The notes under the pieces are model-generated. The model did not search any database, was not told the DNA's origin, and was given only the letters and a program-made list of their open reading frames with translations. The position numbers and the translations under genes were made by a program. A stretch of 40,173 nt of DNA from Macrostomum lignano (Eukaryota). Position 1 is the first letter of the stretch. Each line of letters starts with the position of its first letter. The stretch is from the NCBI GenBank assembly GCA_002269645.1, contig NIVC01004633.1:1-40173 (forward strand), written 5' to 3'. Of this stretch, positions 29,611 to 40,173 are shown piece by piece.

Positions 29611-30304
29611 TCACTTGGATTCACATTTTTTTTCTGGTGGGCCTTGGACCCGATGAAACTCCTCATCTCCACTAATGGATGTCGCAGCCTCAGTACGATC
29701 CATACAATCCAAAGACTTCTTCATGGCGGTATGCACGTTCACAGAGGACTTGTACAAACTTCGATCACGCCTCTTATGCAGAAATCGCCGAACGGTCGCC
29801 TCCGACTTGTGACCCGTCACAAGCATGATGTCGTGGACAGCATGCCCTTCGCTTTCCAAGTCGCAAATGCGAGTGACTCTAGAAATGCAATGGTATCTTG
29901 TTCAGAAAGGTGAACAAACAATTATGCTTTTACTTTTACTTCGTAACACAAATATACTCACCTAATGCAGTGGTTGGTATAAGGCTTGCTTAGCTTAGCC
30001 TTCTCGGATAGGTTCTTCATGAACTCTTGTAAATAACGCAGACCACGGTGTGCCTTATCAGAGAAGATATTGTTCTCTGCCAGGTCGAGCAAGTCGTTAG
30101 CCTGCTTGGGCGACTCAGACAGATCAGTGCTTTCCAACTAATAGTACAGTAGAAATCGTGCCTTCGTCACCAGCAAAACCGGTCACGTTGTCCTTTGACA
30201 GCGGGGAGCCGTTGATAGCGATAGACTCGGAGTCGGAACAGGCGATCCGGCAGACTGGCTTCACACCCAGAATGTACGCGCGGAAGATGTTAAAGGCCAA
30301 CCAC
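29611..30304 (-). mobile_element. Crypton-type tyrosine recombinase C-terminal coding region with spliceosomal intron(s); catalytic Tyr replaced by Phe; exons (30304-30187), 30137-29962, 29878-29611
   Basis: Splicing ATTAG|GTGAGT..TTTCTAG|A (83-nt intron, phase 2) gives FMKNLSEKAKLSKPYTNHCIRVTRICDLESEGHAVHDIMLVTGHKSEATVRRFLH. This contains the YTNHxxR (HxxR) and IMxxTGHKS motifs of Crypton/DUF3504 recombinases. The upstream 49-nt intron is less certain. Confidence 0.8.
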
Positions 30305-30789
30305 CTTTGGGTAAGTTGACAACACACTGCCGGCCAGACTCAAACTGTTCGACCCACCTGTAAACCGTTCGTCGACTGATGGCATCGGGACCGTGAGTGA
30401 GGGTCAGGTTTTCGTGAATTTTAGGGCATTTCTGACCAAGACTGCAAAGTGTAAAAATTGCGTGTCTCCGCCCTTCTGTAGAGTGAATGTTAGGGTCCAT
30501 GACTGGAACAAATCTTGCAGCTGCTGTCCTGCAACTCTCAGCTCTCATCAGCTCTACTTGTGGCTTTCTTCTGAATGAGCGTAGAGCACAATACGGTATG
30601 TATTTATTTCTATGGCCAAGGGTATGTGAACAAATGCATGCTGCTTACAGCAGGAAGCACTTATAAAGATTGGACTTTCGTTGTATGAAAGCTAAAATAA
30701 GCCGCTAACTTTTAAGGCATATGATTTTTTAAACACACATTAATATCGTGGAGGCAAGCAAAAATGACACTACTTTTGGGACACCATCG
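30290..30789 (-). mobile_element. 5'-end fragment of a mariner transposon (TIR plus N-terminal HTH coding region)
   Basis: From ATG at 30500: MDPNIHSTEGRRHAIFTLCSLGQKCPKIHENLTLTHGPDAISRRTVYRWVEQFESGRQCVVNLPKGGWP, which matches the mariner Mos1-type HTH (IH..L...yG..alS..TV..W...F..Gr.s..D.prsGrP). TIR-like CGATGGTGTCCCAAAAGTAGTGTC on minus at 30789-30766. No DDD domain follows. Confidence 0.78.
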
Positions 30790-31690
30790 CGCCCCTCTCA
30801 CTGCAGGTTTGGCGCCCCTCTAACTGTAGGTTTGGCGCCCCTCTCACTGTAGGTTTGGTGCCCCTCTCACTGTAGGTTTGGCGCCCCTCTCACTGTAGGT
30901 TTGGCGCCCCTCTCACTGTAGGTTTGGCGCCCCTCTAACTGTAGGTTTGGCGCCCCTCTCACTGTAGGTTTGGCGCCCCTCTCACTGTAGGTTTGGCGCC
31001 CCTCTCACTGTAGGTTTGGCGCCCCTCTCACTGTAGGTTTGGCGCCCCTCTCACTGTAGGTTTGGCGCCCCTCTAACTGTAGGTTTGGCGCCCCTCTCAC
31101 TGTAGGTTTGGCGCCCCTCTCACTGTAGGTTTGGCGCCCTTCTCACTGTAGGTTTGGCGCCCCTCTCACTGTAGGTTTGGCGCCCCTCTCACTGTAGGTT
31201 TGGCGCCCCTCTCACTGTAGGTTTGGCGCCCCTCTCACTGTAGGTTTGGCGCCCCTCTCACTGTAGGTTTGGCGCCCCTCTCACTGTAGGTTTGGCGCCC
31301 CTCTAACTGTAGGTTTGGCGCCCCTCTAACTGTAGGTTTGGCGCCCCTCTCACTGTAGGTTTGGCGCCCCTCTCACTGTAGGTTTGGCGCCCCTCTCACT
31401 GTAGGTTTGGCGCCCCTCTCACTGTAGGTTTGGCGCCCCTCTCACTGTAGGTTTGGCGCCCCTCTCACTGTAGGTTTGGCGCCCCTCTCACTGTAGGTTT
31501 GGCGCCCCTCTCACTGTAGGTTTGGCGCCTCTCTCACTGTAGGTTTGGCGCCCCTCTCACTGTAGGTTTGGTGCCCCTCTCACTGTAGGTTTGGTGCCCC
31601 TCTCACTGTAGGTTTGGTGCCCCTCTCACTGTAGGTTTGGTGCCCCTCTCACTGTAGGTTTGGTGCCCCTCTCACTGTAGGTTTGGTGCC
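30789..31690. repeat. Highly homogeneous 23-bp minisatellite (GGCGCCCCTCTCACTGTAGGTTT), ~39 copies
   Basis: Near-identical head-to-tail units with no spacers. The GGTGCC variant is clustered in the last ~5 units. Confidence 0.97.
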
Positions 31691-34199
31691 CGTAGATACA
31701 CAACTGACCGTCGCTGATGCTGGTGTGAAATCCAGAAATCCTCTGGATCGAGCAACTCCTAAATCTCCACGGATTGAGTCTTCAACAAAAATCGTCCATC
31801 TCACTCTGAAGACGCATCTTGTTCAAGTCGAGTCGAACACGTGCTTTGCGCCGGTGGTCGAGGCGTTGACAGACACTTTGGTTTGGTGCATCACTGGAAG
31901 AATTGTATAGGCACAGCATCGGGGCTCTGATGTCGCTTTTTAAGCGTGCTGCTGTCCCTCTTGCGCCGGATGCCCAAGGCCAGTCCTGAGACGTTTCAAT
32001 GTACTTCGTTGGCTCCAAGTTTTGATTAGAAATCGATTTCTTCAACTTTTCTAGCAAATTGGGTCGTTTAGTGAAAAGAACGGAATTTAACAGTTTCAGA
32101 AGTTGCAGAACTTGTGTATCCACTTTTCTGCCGACTGCAGAGCATTTGTTGACGATGCTTGCAAATCCCCCCGAAATTTACCCCCCCCCCCCTCAAAATT
32201 CCGGAGAAAAACCGAAAAATATTTCTGGCTGTGCCACTGTTTCACAATGCCTAAAATCACTGTTTCTCTCCTTCATATTCAGTTTTAGGTGTTGTAAAAT
32301 TTGGCGATATGAAATTTAGGCAATGTGAAGTCATGTGCTTTAGGCGTTGTAAAATTTAGGTCTTATAATGAAGCGCCCCCTCCTATTTTTCCTATTTCGA
32401 GAGATCGTGGCCTCCAATTGTCAAGAAGCCCCAAAATGCGTTGTCATGTCCCCCTAAGGCCTACTATGGAGTCCATGGCCAGAAGCAGACCAAAACTCCA
32501 AAATTTTCTGCTCTCATAAACAGGATTAACTGAATTCCTGCTAAACTATGGACAATTCGCAATTGAGGAAGGAGTTAGTCGATCTCTATCTACTGTATGA
32601 AAAGGTAAGCAGTCACTAGACTTTTGTTTAGCAAAATCTTTCAACTGATCGAGCAATAATGGCCTGCATCTCTACTTATTGCAGCAATCCAAAACGTGGT
32701 TTTCAACCGCCGCCTCCGTGCTACCGAAACCCAAATTCTGCTCAATGCTCAATATGCTCAATGCTCAATCCAGGAGGGTAAATATTCAAAAAGAAGTTAA
32801 AGAAATCGACTGCGGACAGCTTGCGGCTACTCTTCCTGGACAGGGAGTCCGGTCTGAAGCACTCCCGTCTGAGTTCGGGGATTTAACAAAAGACAATTAT
32901 TGAACCAATCTGACTTGATCAAGGACCACTAGGAACACTTCGTTATTAGTATAGTCTAGTAGTCCTTGGTCTTGATATGCGATGGATAAAAAAGGAACAC
33001 TTTTTTAACCTCGAATCATGCATGATTGTTCGAGCGAATATACGTTAATTTTTACAGTATTCCATGTATGCTTTGTAACACTGCCGTAGTATGCATAAAA
33101 CTAAAGCATTTATTGTATTTGATCAGTAAGAATAAGCTAAGGTACATGTAATAGGCTCACGAATCGCAAACTGGCTGGAAATCAAGGGTAATATTGTCAA
33201 AAGTATTTTTCAATACGTTTGATTAATGAGAAGGCAAATAAGTAAGTATAGCTACTGACAAATAGGAAGGCTGGCTATAGGAGTTAGAAATCTGAAGTTT
33301 TGACCCTAAGTTATTAAGATAGGTAGCAATTTATGAAAAGCCCAGGCGCAGTGAAGGGCGAGGCAGAAGAGCAAAATGGAACCCCTAGATAGCTATTAGA
33401 AGGGCAAACAGAAGCATCTTTAAGATAATTAACCAGCTGTCAATCAATTTGAATAGCCGAATCTAATAAAGCCCCTTTCCATTCCAGTCAGCCACGACAC
33501 CCCGCCGCAGGAACCATGCCGATTAAACCGGCTGAGAGAAGTGGCCCAGCTTAAAGAACAACGCGGCACGCGGCATCTTCTGGCGCACCCTGAGGGAGAA
33601 AACGTGAGGCCCACCTACAGACTCCTATCCAACTGAAGTGGCCCAAGAGGGCGAGATCAACCCCTAGCTGCCTGACAACCGAGAGAAACAGAGGACTGTT
33701 CAATCATCAATGGACAGAGTTTAGAGACGGGAAACTAAGCACTTTTTCTTTAATCTTTCTATCCCAAATTTTATCCAACTCAACACATAGATTTGCGAAC
33801 TAACTAAGAACCTAACTAAGAACTAACTAAATTCATGTACAACTAGGGGACTGTGTCCCAGATTGTTATTGCTCAAAACCCCCGCCGTTGCTAACAACGC
33901 GAAGACACCCCACCGGCGGCGGGGGAGGTCAAAAATGCTAATTGGTATAAATAGACGCTCATTTCAAACTGGAGCGGCACTTCGTTTCCTCCTGCGCAGT
34001 TTTCGATCTCGAATTGCTCCATTTGAACCAATAGAATTCTTGGCCCCGTCCAAATATCCCCCATCAAAAGAATCCTTTATCTAAAGAATCCCCGATTCAA
34101 AAAATCCTCCATCGAAACAATGCCCCATCGAAGGAATTCCTCAATGAATCAAAGATATACATTAAAAGCATCCTTCATCCAAAGAATCATCAATCCATA

Positions 34200-35290
34200 G
34201 AATTGCCCCCAAGACTTAACATCTCAGCCATTCCCCCAAGCCTCGACACCTCAGAACTTTCCCCCAAGCATTGACATCTCAGCAATTCCGGCGCAAGCCT
34301 TGACATCTTACCAATTTCTCCCCGTCCAAAGCCTTGACTTCTCAGTAATTCCCCTCCCCAAGCCTTGACATATCAGTAATTCCCCCAGTAAGCTTTCATA
34401 TCTCAGTAATTCTTCCAGTAAGTCTTGACATCTTAGCAATTTCTCCCCGTCCAAAGCCTTGGCATCTCAGCGATTTCCCTCGCAAGACTTGACACCTCAG
34501 CAATTCCTTCTTAAGCCTTCACATCTCAGCAATCCCCCAAGCCTTGACATCTGAGTAATTCTCCTTCCCAAAAGTTGACATCTCAGGAACTCCCTCTTGA
34601 GCCTTGATTCCCCCCAAGCTTTGACATTTGAGCAAGTCCCTCTTAAGCCTTGGAATCTCAGCAATTCCCCGACGGCGACAAGATTAGACATCTCAGCAGT
34701 TTACCCCTAAGACTTGACATCTCAGCAGTTTACCCCTAAGACTTGACATCTCAGCAGTTTACCCCTAAGACTTGACATCTCAGCAGTTTACCCCTAAGAC
34801 TTGACATCTCAGCAGTTTACCCCTAAGACTTGACATCTCAGCAGTCCTCCAAGTAAGCCTTTGTATCTCAGTGATTCTCCCAGTAAGTTTTGACATCTTA
34901 CCAATTTCTCCCCGTGCAAAGCCTTGCTATCTCAGCAGTTCCCTCTTAAGCTTTGAAATCTCAGCAATTCCCCTCCCCTAAGACTTGATATTTTAGAAAT
35001 TCCCCCACGCCAGCAGTTCCCCCCTTAAGCCTTTATATCTCAGAAATTCCCCCCCAAGCCTTAACATCTCAGCAATTCCCCCTATAAGCCTTTACATCTC
35101 AGTGATTCCCTCAGTAAGTCTTCGCATCTTAGCAATTTCTCCCCGTCCAAAGCCTTGGCATCTCAGAAATTCCCCCCACGCCTTGAAATCTCAGCAATTT
35201 CCTCTTAAGCCTTGACATCTCAGTAATTCCCCCAGTAAGCCTGCATATCTGAATAGTTCCTCAGTATGTTTTGACATCTTAGCAATCTCC
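34200..35290. repeat. Diverged ~26-30-bp minisatellite (GCCTTGACATCTCAGCAATTCCCC) with a young 29-bp core at 34687-34825
   Basis: TTGACATCTCAG recurs throughout. The exact 29-mer GACATCTCAGCAGTTTACCCCTAAGACTT starts at 34687, 34716, 34745 and 34774, with a partial copy at 34803. Confidence 0.88.
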
Positions 35291-36494
35291 CCCGATCAAG
35301 CATCCCTCCCCTAAGAGCAAGCGTCCTTCCGATAGCAAGCATCCCCTGATAGAAAGTACCCCAAGCGAGATAGTAAAACAATTTCCTCAGCTAGTACAAT
35401 AATTAATGCCTTATCTAGTGCAATAATCCTTTTCAAAATTAAAAGTTTAATAAAAAAAATTGAATATACTACATGAACGCTCGTAGCTTCTTCTCTTTTA
35501 CCTAATTTACCTGACGTTTTTTAAGTTTCCTTTAACTGTCTTGAAATTAAAATTTTTAATAAAAAACTTTTACACTCTAAAAATTCAAACCCACGTCCCT
35601 GCATTAGCAGTTCAGTCTGTTCACCTCTAGGCTAGCTCTCATCGCTTTGATGACATGAATTTTGGCACTTATAATATAATTCAACACTGAAAACTCCAAG
35701 CATAGGATAGAAATCACTCGAAGCAATCAATTTCTCAGGCAGCAGTCAATATCAGTTTCAATTATTAAAGTCAACAATTAAAGTCAACAAAATGGTTACG
35801 CAATCTAAATCTAAATCAAATGGCGCTGGCTTGAATCGTGGAGTAGGGGTTTGCGATATGGGAGAGTGTACAATGACTATATAAAGTGAAAAGCATAGAA
35901 ATCTTCTTTTCAATGCTGTGCTTTAAATTTTTCGAATTTCAGCAAACAAATTATACTCTCGAACTCAGCGTTTCTAGCTCTTTCCAGCAATACAAGGCTC
36001 TCTTCTGAAAGTGAACAACTCGAAGCACAAACAACGATTAAACATTCCTGCTTTAAAGCATTCAAATTCATAAGGTGTACATTCAACGCCAGCTACAGTG
36101 AGAGGCCTGCAAGTTGATGCATTGAAATTAACAACCAAGGAAATGCCCAGGACAAATTGAATAGCGACACCCGCCCCTCACTTTCAATAACTAAAAGGTG
36201 TTGCGCAACCTTTCAACCCTTGTAGCTCTCCACGCGAGTGTAGAGAACTGAGTTATGATGCAATAGAATTCCATCGGCAGTCAGAATGCTTCTCAATTGG
36301 AAAGAACTGTTTGAACTTTAAAAAACGGAGCAAAATCGAGTTTTTCGAATATTTAATCCCGAAAAAATGAAGCAATTTCTTAGCAAAATTTCGTGTACCA
36401 GCGCGCCATCAATACGCATCGAATGCAGAAAACCCCACGAAATTCCGACCATGTAGAGCCAAGTTAAACGAAGATTCCTATAGGTTTTGATTTT

Positions 36495-38050
36495 TAGTAT
36501 ATTGGACTAGCCATTTAGCCCCCCTCCGCGTGGCTTCTTAGCAGTTGAGCGCTTGTCTATAAGCAGTTTTGCACAGTCGCTGAGCAAATCTCACTAATCT
36601 CCGAGCAGTTCTGCAGTAGCAAATCTCTAAGCAGTTGTACACCAATTTTACTGAGACTAAAAAGTTCTAAAAAGTTACATTTCTTAATGTTTGAAACTTT
36701 GCAATGTCAATTCATTTATAGTTCTTTTAATGATTATTCGTTGTTTTCAAATTCTCACCAGATTAGCAATATTCTCCCACATTAGCCCCACTTCCCCCAG
36801 ATTAGCACTACTCCCCCCATATTAGCCGCACACCCCCAGATTAGCCCCACTTCCCCCAGATTAGCACTACGCCCAGATTAGCACTGCGCCCAGATTAGCA
36901 CTCAGCCCAGATTAGCACTCAGCCTAGATTAGCACTCAGCCCAGATTAGCACTCAGCCCAGATTAGCACTCAGCCCAGATTAGCACTCAGCCCAGATTAG
37001 CACTCAGCCTAGATTAGTACTCAGTCCAGATTAGCACTCAGCCCAGATTAGCACTCAGCCCAGATTAGCACTCAGTCCAGATTAGCACCGCTCCACAGAT
37101 TACCGCCGCTTCCCAGATAGTTTCACCTTCCCAGATTAGCACCACTCCACAAAAATTCGCACCGCTACTTCCTCCAGATTAGCCCCCCCACTCCTTTATA
37201 TTAGCCCCACTCCCTTAGATTAGCACCGCTCCCCAGATTAGCACCACTCCCAAACTGCTAAAAGGCGACTACTATTATCGCCTCAGAAGTTTAAAGTTAA
37301 ACCCTCCCCAGAAATTGGCAGTTATCCCCACAACAACCTGAAATTATCCCTTCTAAGTCCGCAAAACAGACATGCAGTCACGCAACTCATTTGCACTCTA
37401 CAACTTTTATTATTATTATTCATTTATCCCTCAAGGACCCAGAATTGTCCCTTCTGCAAGCTACAATTATTCACAGTTAGATATCCTCCTCAGAAGTCTG
37501 CCATTATTATCCTAGCAGTCTGCAGCTATCCCCTCGGCAGTTTGCAGCTTATACGCTCATAAGTCTCGAGAAACTAACTAACGTCAGCAGTTTGCAGTTT
37601 GTCCCCTTTGCAGTCTGCAATGATCCCTTCAACAATCTGCAGTTCCCCTCAGTAGTCTGCAGTCAATTCATTTGCAGTCAGCAAGTGTTTCCTTAATAAT
37701 TCTCATTTATCCCTTCAGCAGTCTGCAGTTCTCTCAGCTGGCCCCATAGTATTCTCAGCAAACTGCAATGATCTTTTCAATGATTTAAAAATTTGCTCAG
37801 CATTTACGACGGCGCACTAATCAATTTTGATACATATTGGCAGTCTTGCGCAACTCAGCATTTAGCAATACCTCAGCAGTTTAGCAGCATCGTCTACTGC
37901 AATGATGCTTTCAACAATGTTGAAATAAGCTCAGCATTTTATGGCTCACTAATCGATTTTCGATACATATCGGCAATCTTTTGCACCACTCAGCATTTAG
38001 CAATACCTCAGCAGTTTAGCAGCATCGTCTGCAGTTTAGTAATTTAATCC
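36495..38050. repeat. Copy 1 of a ~1.4-1.5-kb direct repeat (probable non-autonomous element) with an internal 17-bp minisatellite CAGATTAGCACTCAGCC (~36770-37250)
   Basis: GACTAGCCATTTAGCCCCCCTCCGCGTGG starts at 36505 and 38894, and the copies align through CATTTACGACGGCGCAC at 37801 and 40091. Confidence 0.88.
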
Positions 38051-38276
38051 CCTGCAGTTTAGTCCTATATACTAAAAATCTACTTCTATAGACCTAGATA
38101 ATAACAATTAATGGGATCTTAGGATTTTACAAATCAAATCAAATTTGCTTAGTGGCTTGTGCGAGTAGCAAAAATAAATTATTGTAATTAATAAAAAAAT
38201 TTTAAAATTAATCAAAAATGTTCAAAATAGTCGAGGCAGAAGCTACTAATGAATGAATTTATTTAATTTTAATTAG

Positions 38277-38358
38277 CCGCTGGGGAGGCGGACTCGAACC
38301 TTGGACCTTATGCCTAGCCTAAACCTAGTCCTAGTATCTAAACTGCGGCTATTCCGCC
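38277..38358 (-). mobile_element. tRNA-like Pol III head (SINE-like or tRNA pseudogene)
   Basis: Minus strand GGCGGAATAGCCGCAGTTTAG..CCAAGGTTCGAGTCCGCCTCCCCAGC has an exact B-box (GGTTCGAGTCC) and an A-box-like TAGCCGCAGT at tRNA-like spacing. The T-stem and acceptor stem do not pair properly, so it is not a functional tRNA. Confidence 0.45.
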
Positions 38359-38883
38359 TACTGATCGGAGGGCGCAAAAATCAGCCATATATGCTTCGGC
38401 ACAGCAGTCAAATACGTAGCAGTGATAGGCTGCTCAGTGTGCACAGGTTGTGCAGGCAGAGCCAATGCACAGTTGAGTGAAATCTATTAATAGCAATTGT
38501 CTATGCAGTCAGCCAGGGTCAGAATGTACACACGCAGCCACTGAGCATATTTTCCTCTCCCTTATTGCAGCCAGTATTGAGGCGTACACAGTGAACAGAG
38601 AAAAGTTGTGGCGCAATCTTAATTGGAATTGAAATTCAGTCAGTGAGATTTTGACCTTTCTAGCCTCCCATTAAAAGCATTAAAAAAACTCGTTTTTCGA
38701 ATATTTAACCAACTTCTCATTCGAATTTTTCAATGCAATTACACCCACACAATCTCACAAGAATTTTGAGTCGAATAAAGCAAGTTTGAAAAAAATCGGT
38801 TCAGGCATTCAGGCTGTAGACTGGAATACCGGTCAAACCTTAGAGATTTAGTATATTGTGATGAAGACAGATCTTAGAGATTT

Positions 38884-40173
38884 AGTATATTGTGACTAGC
38901 CATTTAGCCCCCCTCCGCGTGGCTTCTTAGCAGTTGAGCGCTTGTCTATAAGCAGTTTTGCACAGTCGCTGAGCAAATCTCACTAATCTCCGAGCAGTTC
39001 TGCAGTAGCAAATCTCTAAGCAGTTGTACACCAATTTTACTGAGACTAAAAAGTTCTAAAAAGTTACATTTCTTAATGTTTGAAACTTTGCAATGTCAAT
39101 TCATTTATAGTTCTTTTATGATTATTCGTTATATTCAAATCCTCACCAGATTAGCGCTATTCTCCCATATTAGCCCTACACCCCCAGATTAGCCCCACTT
39201 CCCCCAGATTAGCACTACACCCAGATTAGCACTGCGCCCAGATTAGCACTCAGCCCAGATTAGCACTCAGCCCAGATTAGCACTCAGCCTAGATTAGCAC
39301 TCAGCCCAGATTAGCACTCAGCCCAGATTAGCACTCAGCCCAGATTAGCACTCAGCCTAGATTAGCACCGCTCCACAGATTACCGCCGCTTCCCAGATAG
39401 TTTCACCTTCCCAGATTAGCACTACTTCTCCAGATTTGCACTACTCCGCAAAAATTTGCACGCTACTTCCTCCAGATTAGCCCCAATCCCCCAGATTAGC
39501 CCCACTCTTTATATTAGCCCCACTCCCTTAGATAGCACCGCTCCCAGATTAGCACCACTCCCAAACTGCCTAAAAGGTGACTACTATTATCGCCTCAGAA
39601 GTTTAAAGTTAAACCCTCCCCAGAAATTGGCAGTTATCCCCACAACAACCTGAAATTATCCTTCTAATTCCGCAAAAACAGACTGCAGTCATACAGCTCA
39701 TTTGCAAAAACAGACTGCAGTCATACAGCTCATTTGCACTCTACAACTTTTATTATTATTATTCATTTATCCTCAGGGACCCAGAATTGTCCTTCTGCAA
39801 GCTACAATTATTCACAGTTAGATATCCTCCTCAGAAGTCTGCCATTATTATCCTAGCAGTCTGCAGCTATCCCCTCGCAGTTTGCAGTTTTGTCCCTTTG
39901 CAGTCTGCAATGATCCTTTCAACAATCTGCAGTTCCCCTCAGTAGTCTGCAGTCAATTCATTTGCAGTCAGCAAGTGTTTCCTTAATAATTCTCATTTAT
40001 CCCCTCAGCAGTCTGCAGTTCTCTCAGCTGGCCCCTCAGTATTTTCAGCAAACTGCAATGATATTTTCAATTATTTAAAAATTTGCTCAGCATTTACGAC
40101 GGCGCACTAATCAATTTTGATACATATTGGCAGTCCTTGCGACTCAGCATTTAGCAATACCTCATGCAGTTTA
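38884..40173. repeat. Copy 2 of the direct repeat, running off the window end, with the 17-bp minisatellite at ~39150-39560
   Basis: Colinear with 36495-37880 apart from minisatellite copy number, a ~60-bp deletion and a ~33-bp tandem duplication. Confidence 0.88.

Noticed and set aside
30789-31690. CRISPR-like appearance of the regular 23-bp repeats (also 1114-6110 and 19691-20132)
   Set aside because: Units are head-to-tail with no unique spacers, there are no cas genes, and the context is eukaryotic.
33580-33600. TGGCGCACCCTGAGGGA resembling a tRNA-Lys primer-binding site of an LTR element
   Set aside because: It is not preceded by a CA LTR end, there is no second LTR, and no gag/pol ORF follows.
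38277-38358. Functional tRNA gene
   Set aside because: The B-box is present but the T-stem, anticodon arm and acceptor stem do not fold; kept only as a tRNA-like/SINE head.

Overview
Eukaryotic (animal, invertebrate-type) genomic DNA, not prokaryotic. GC-rich spliced exons are separated by introns that often carry their own 17-47 bp minisatellite. This architecture resembles free-living flatworm genomes such as Macrostomum, but the taxon is an inference. Four multi-exon genes were reconstructed by hand, with GT-AG sites and consistent intron phases: (1) a 2-Ig basigin/neuroplastin-family protein (+, 7639-9560); (2) HDHD2, a HAD-IIA hydrolase (-, 13047-10705), convergent with it; (3) a ~744-aa type I membrane protein with two Ig domains, FAM187-like in layout (-, 22556-16990); (4) a ~800-aa membrane protein with a Gly/Ser linker, an unrecognised Trp/Tyr/Cys-rich domain, 4 EGF, 1 TSP1 and a C-terminal TM (-, 28343-23670). 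The first 6 kb is mostly a 23-bp satellite with higher-order structure. Positions 28.4-40.2 kb form a transposon and repeat zone: a MITE, an intron-containing Crypton-type tyrosine recombinase whose catalytic Tyr is Phe, a 5' mariner fragment, several minisatellites, a tRNA-like head and a ~1.4-kb duplicated element. A 2.56-kb block just upstream of HDHD2 has only one CpG and borders a decayed Merlin transposase. Most long ORFs in the supplied track are artefacts of tandem repeats or antisense shadows. There is no CRISPR array, rRNA or intact tRNA.
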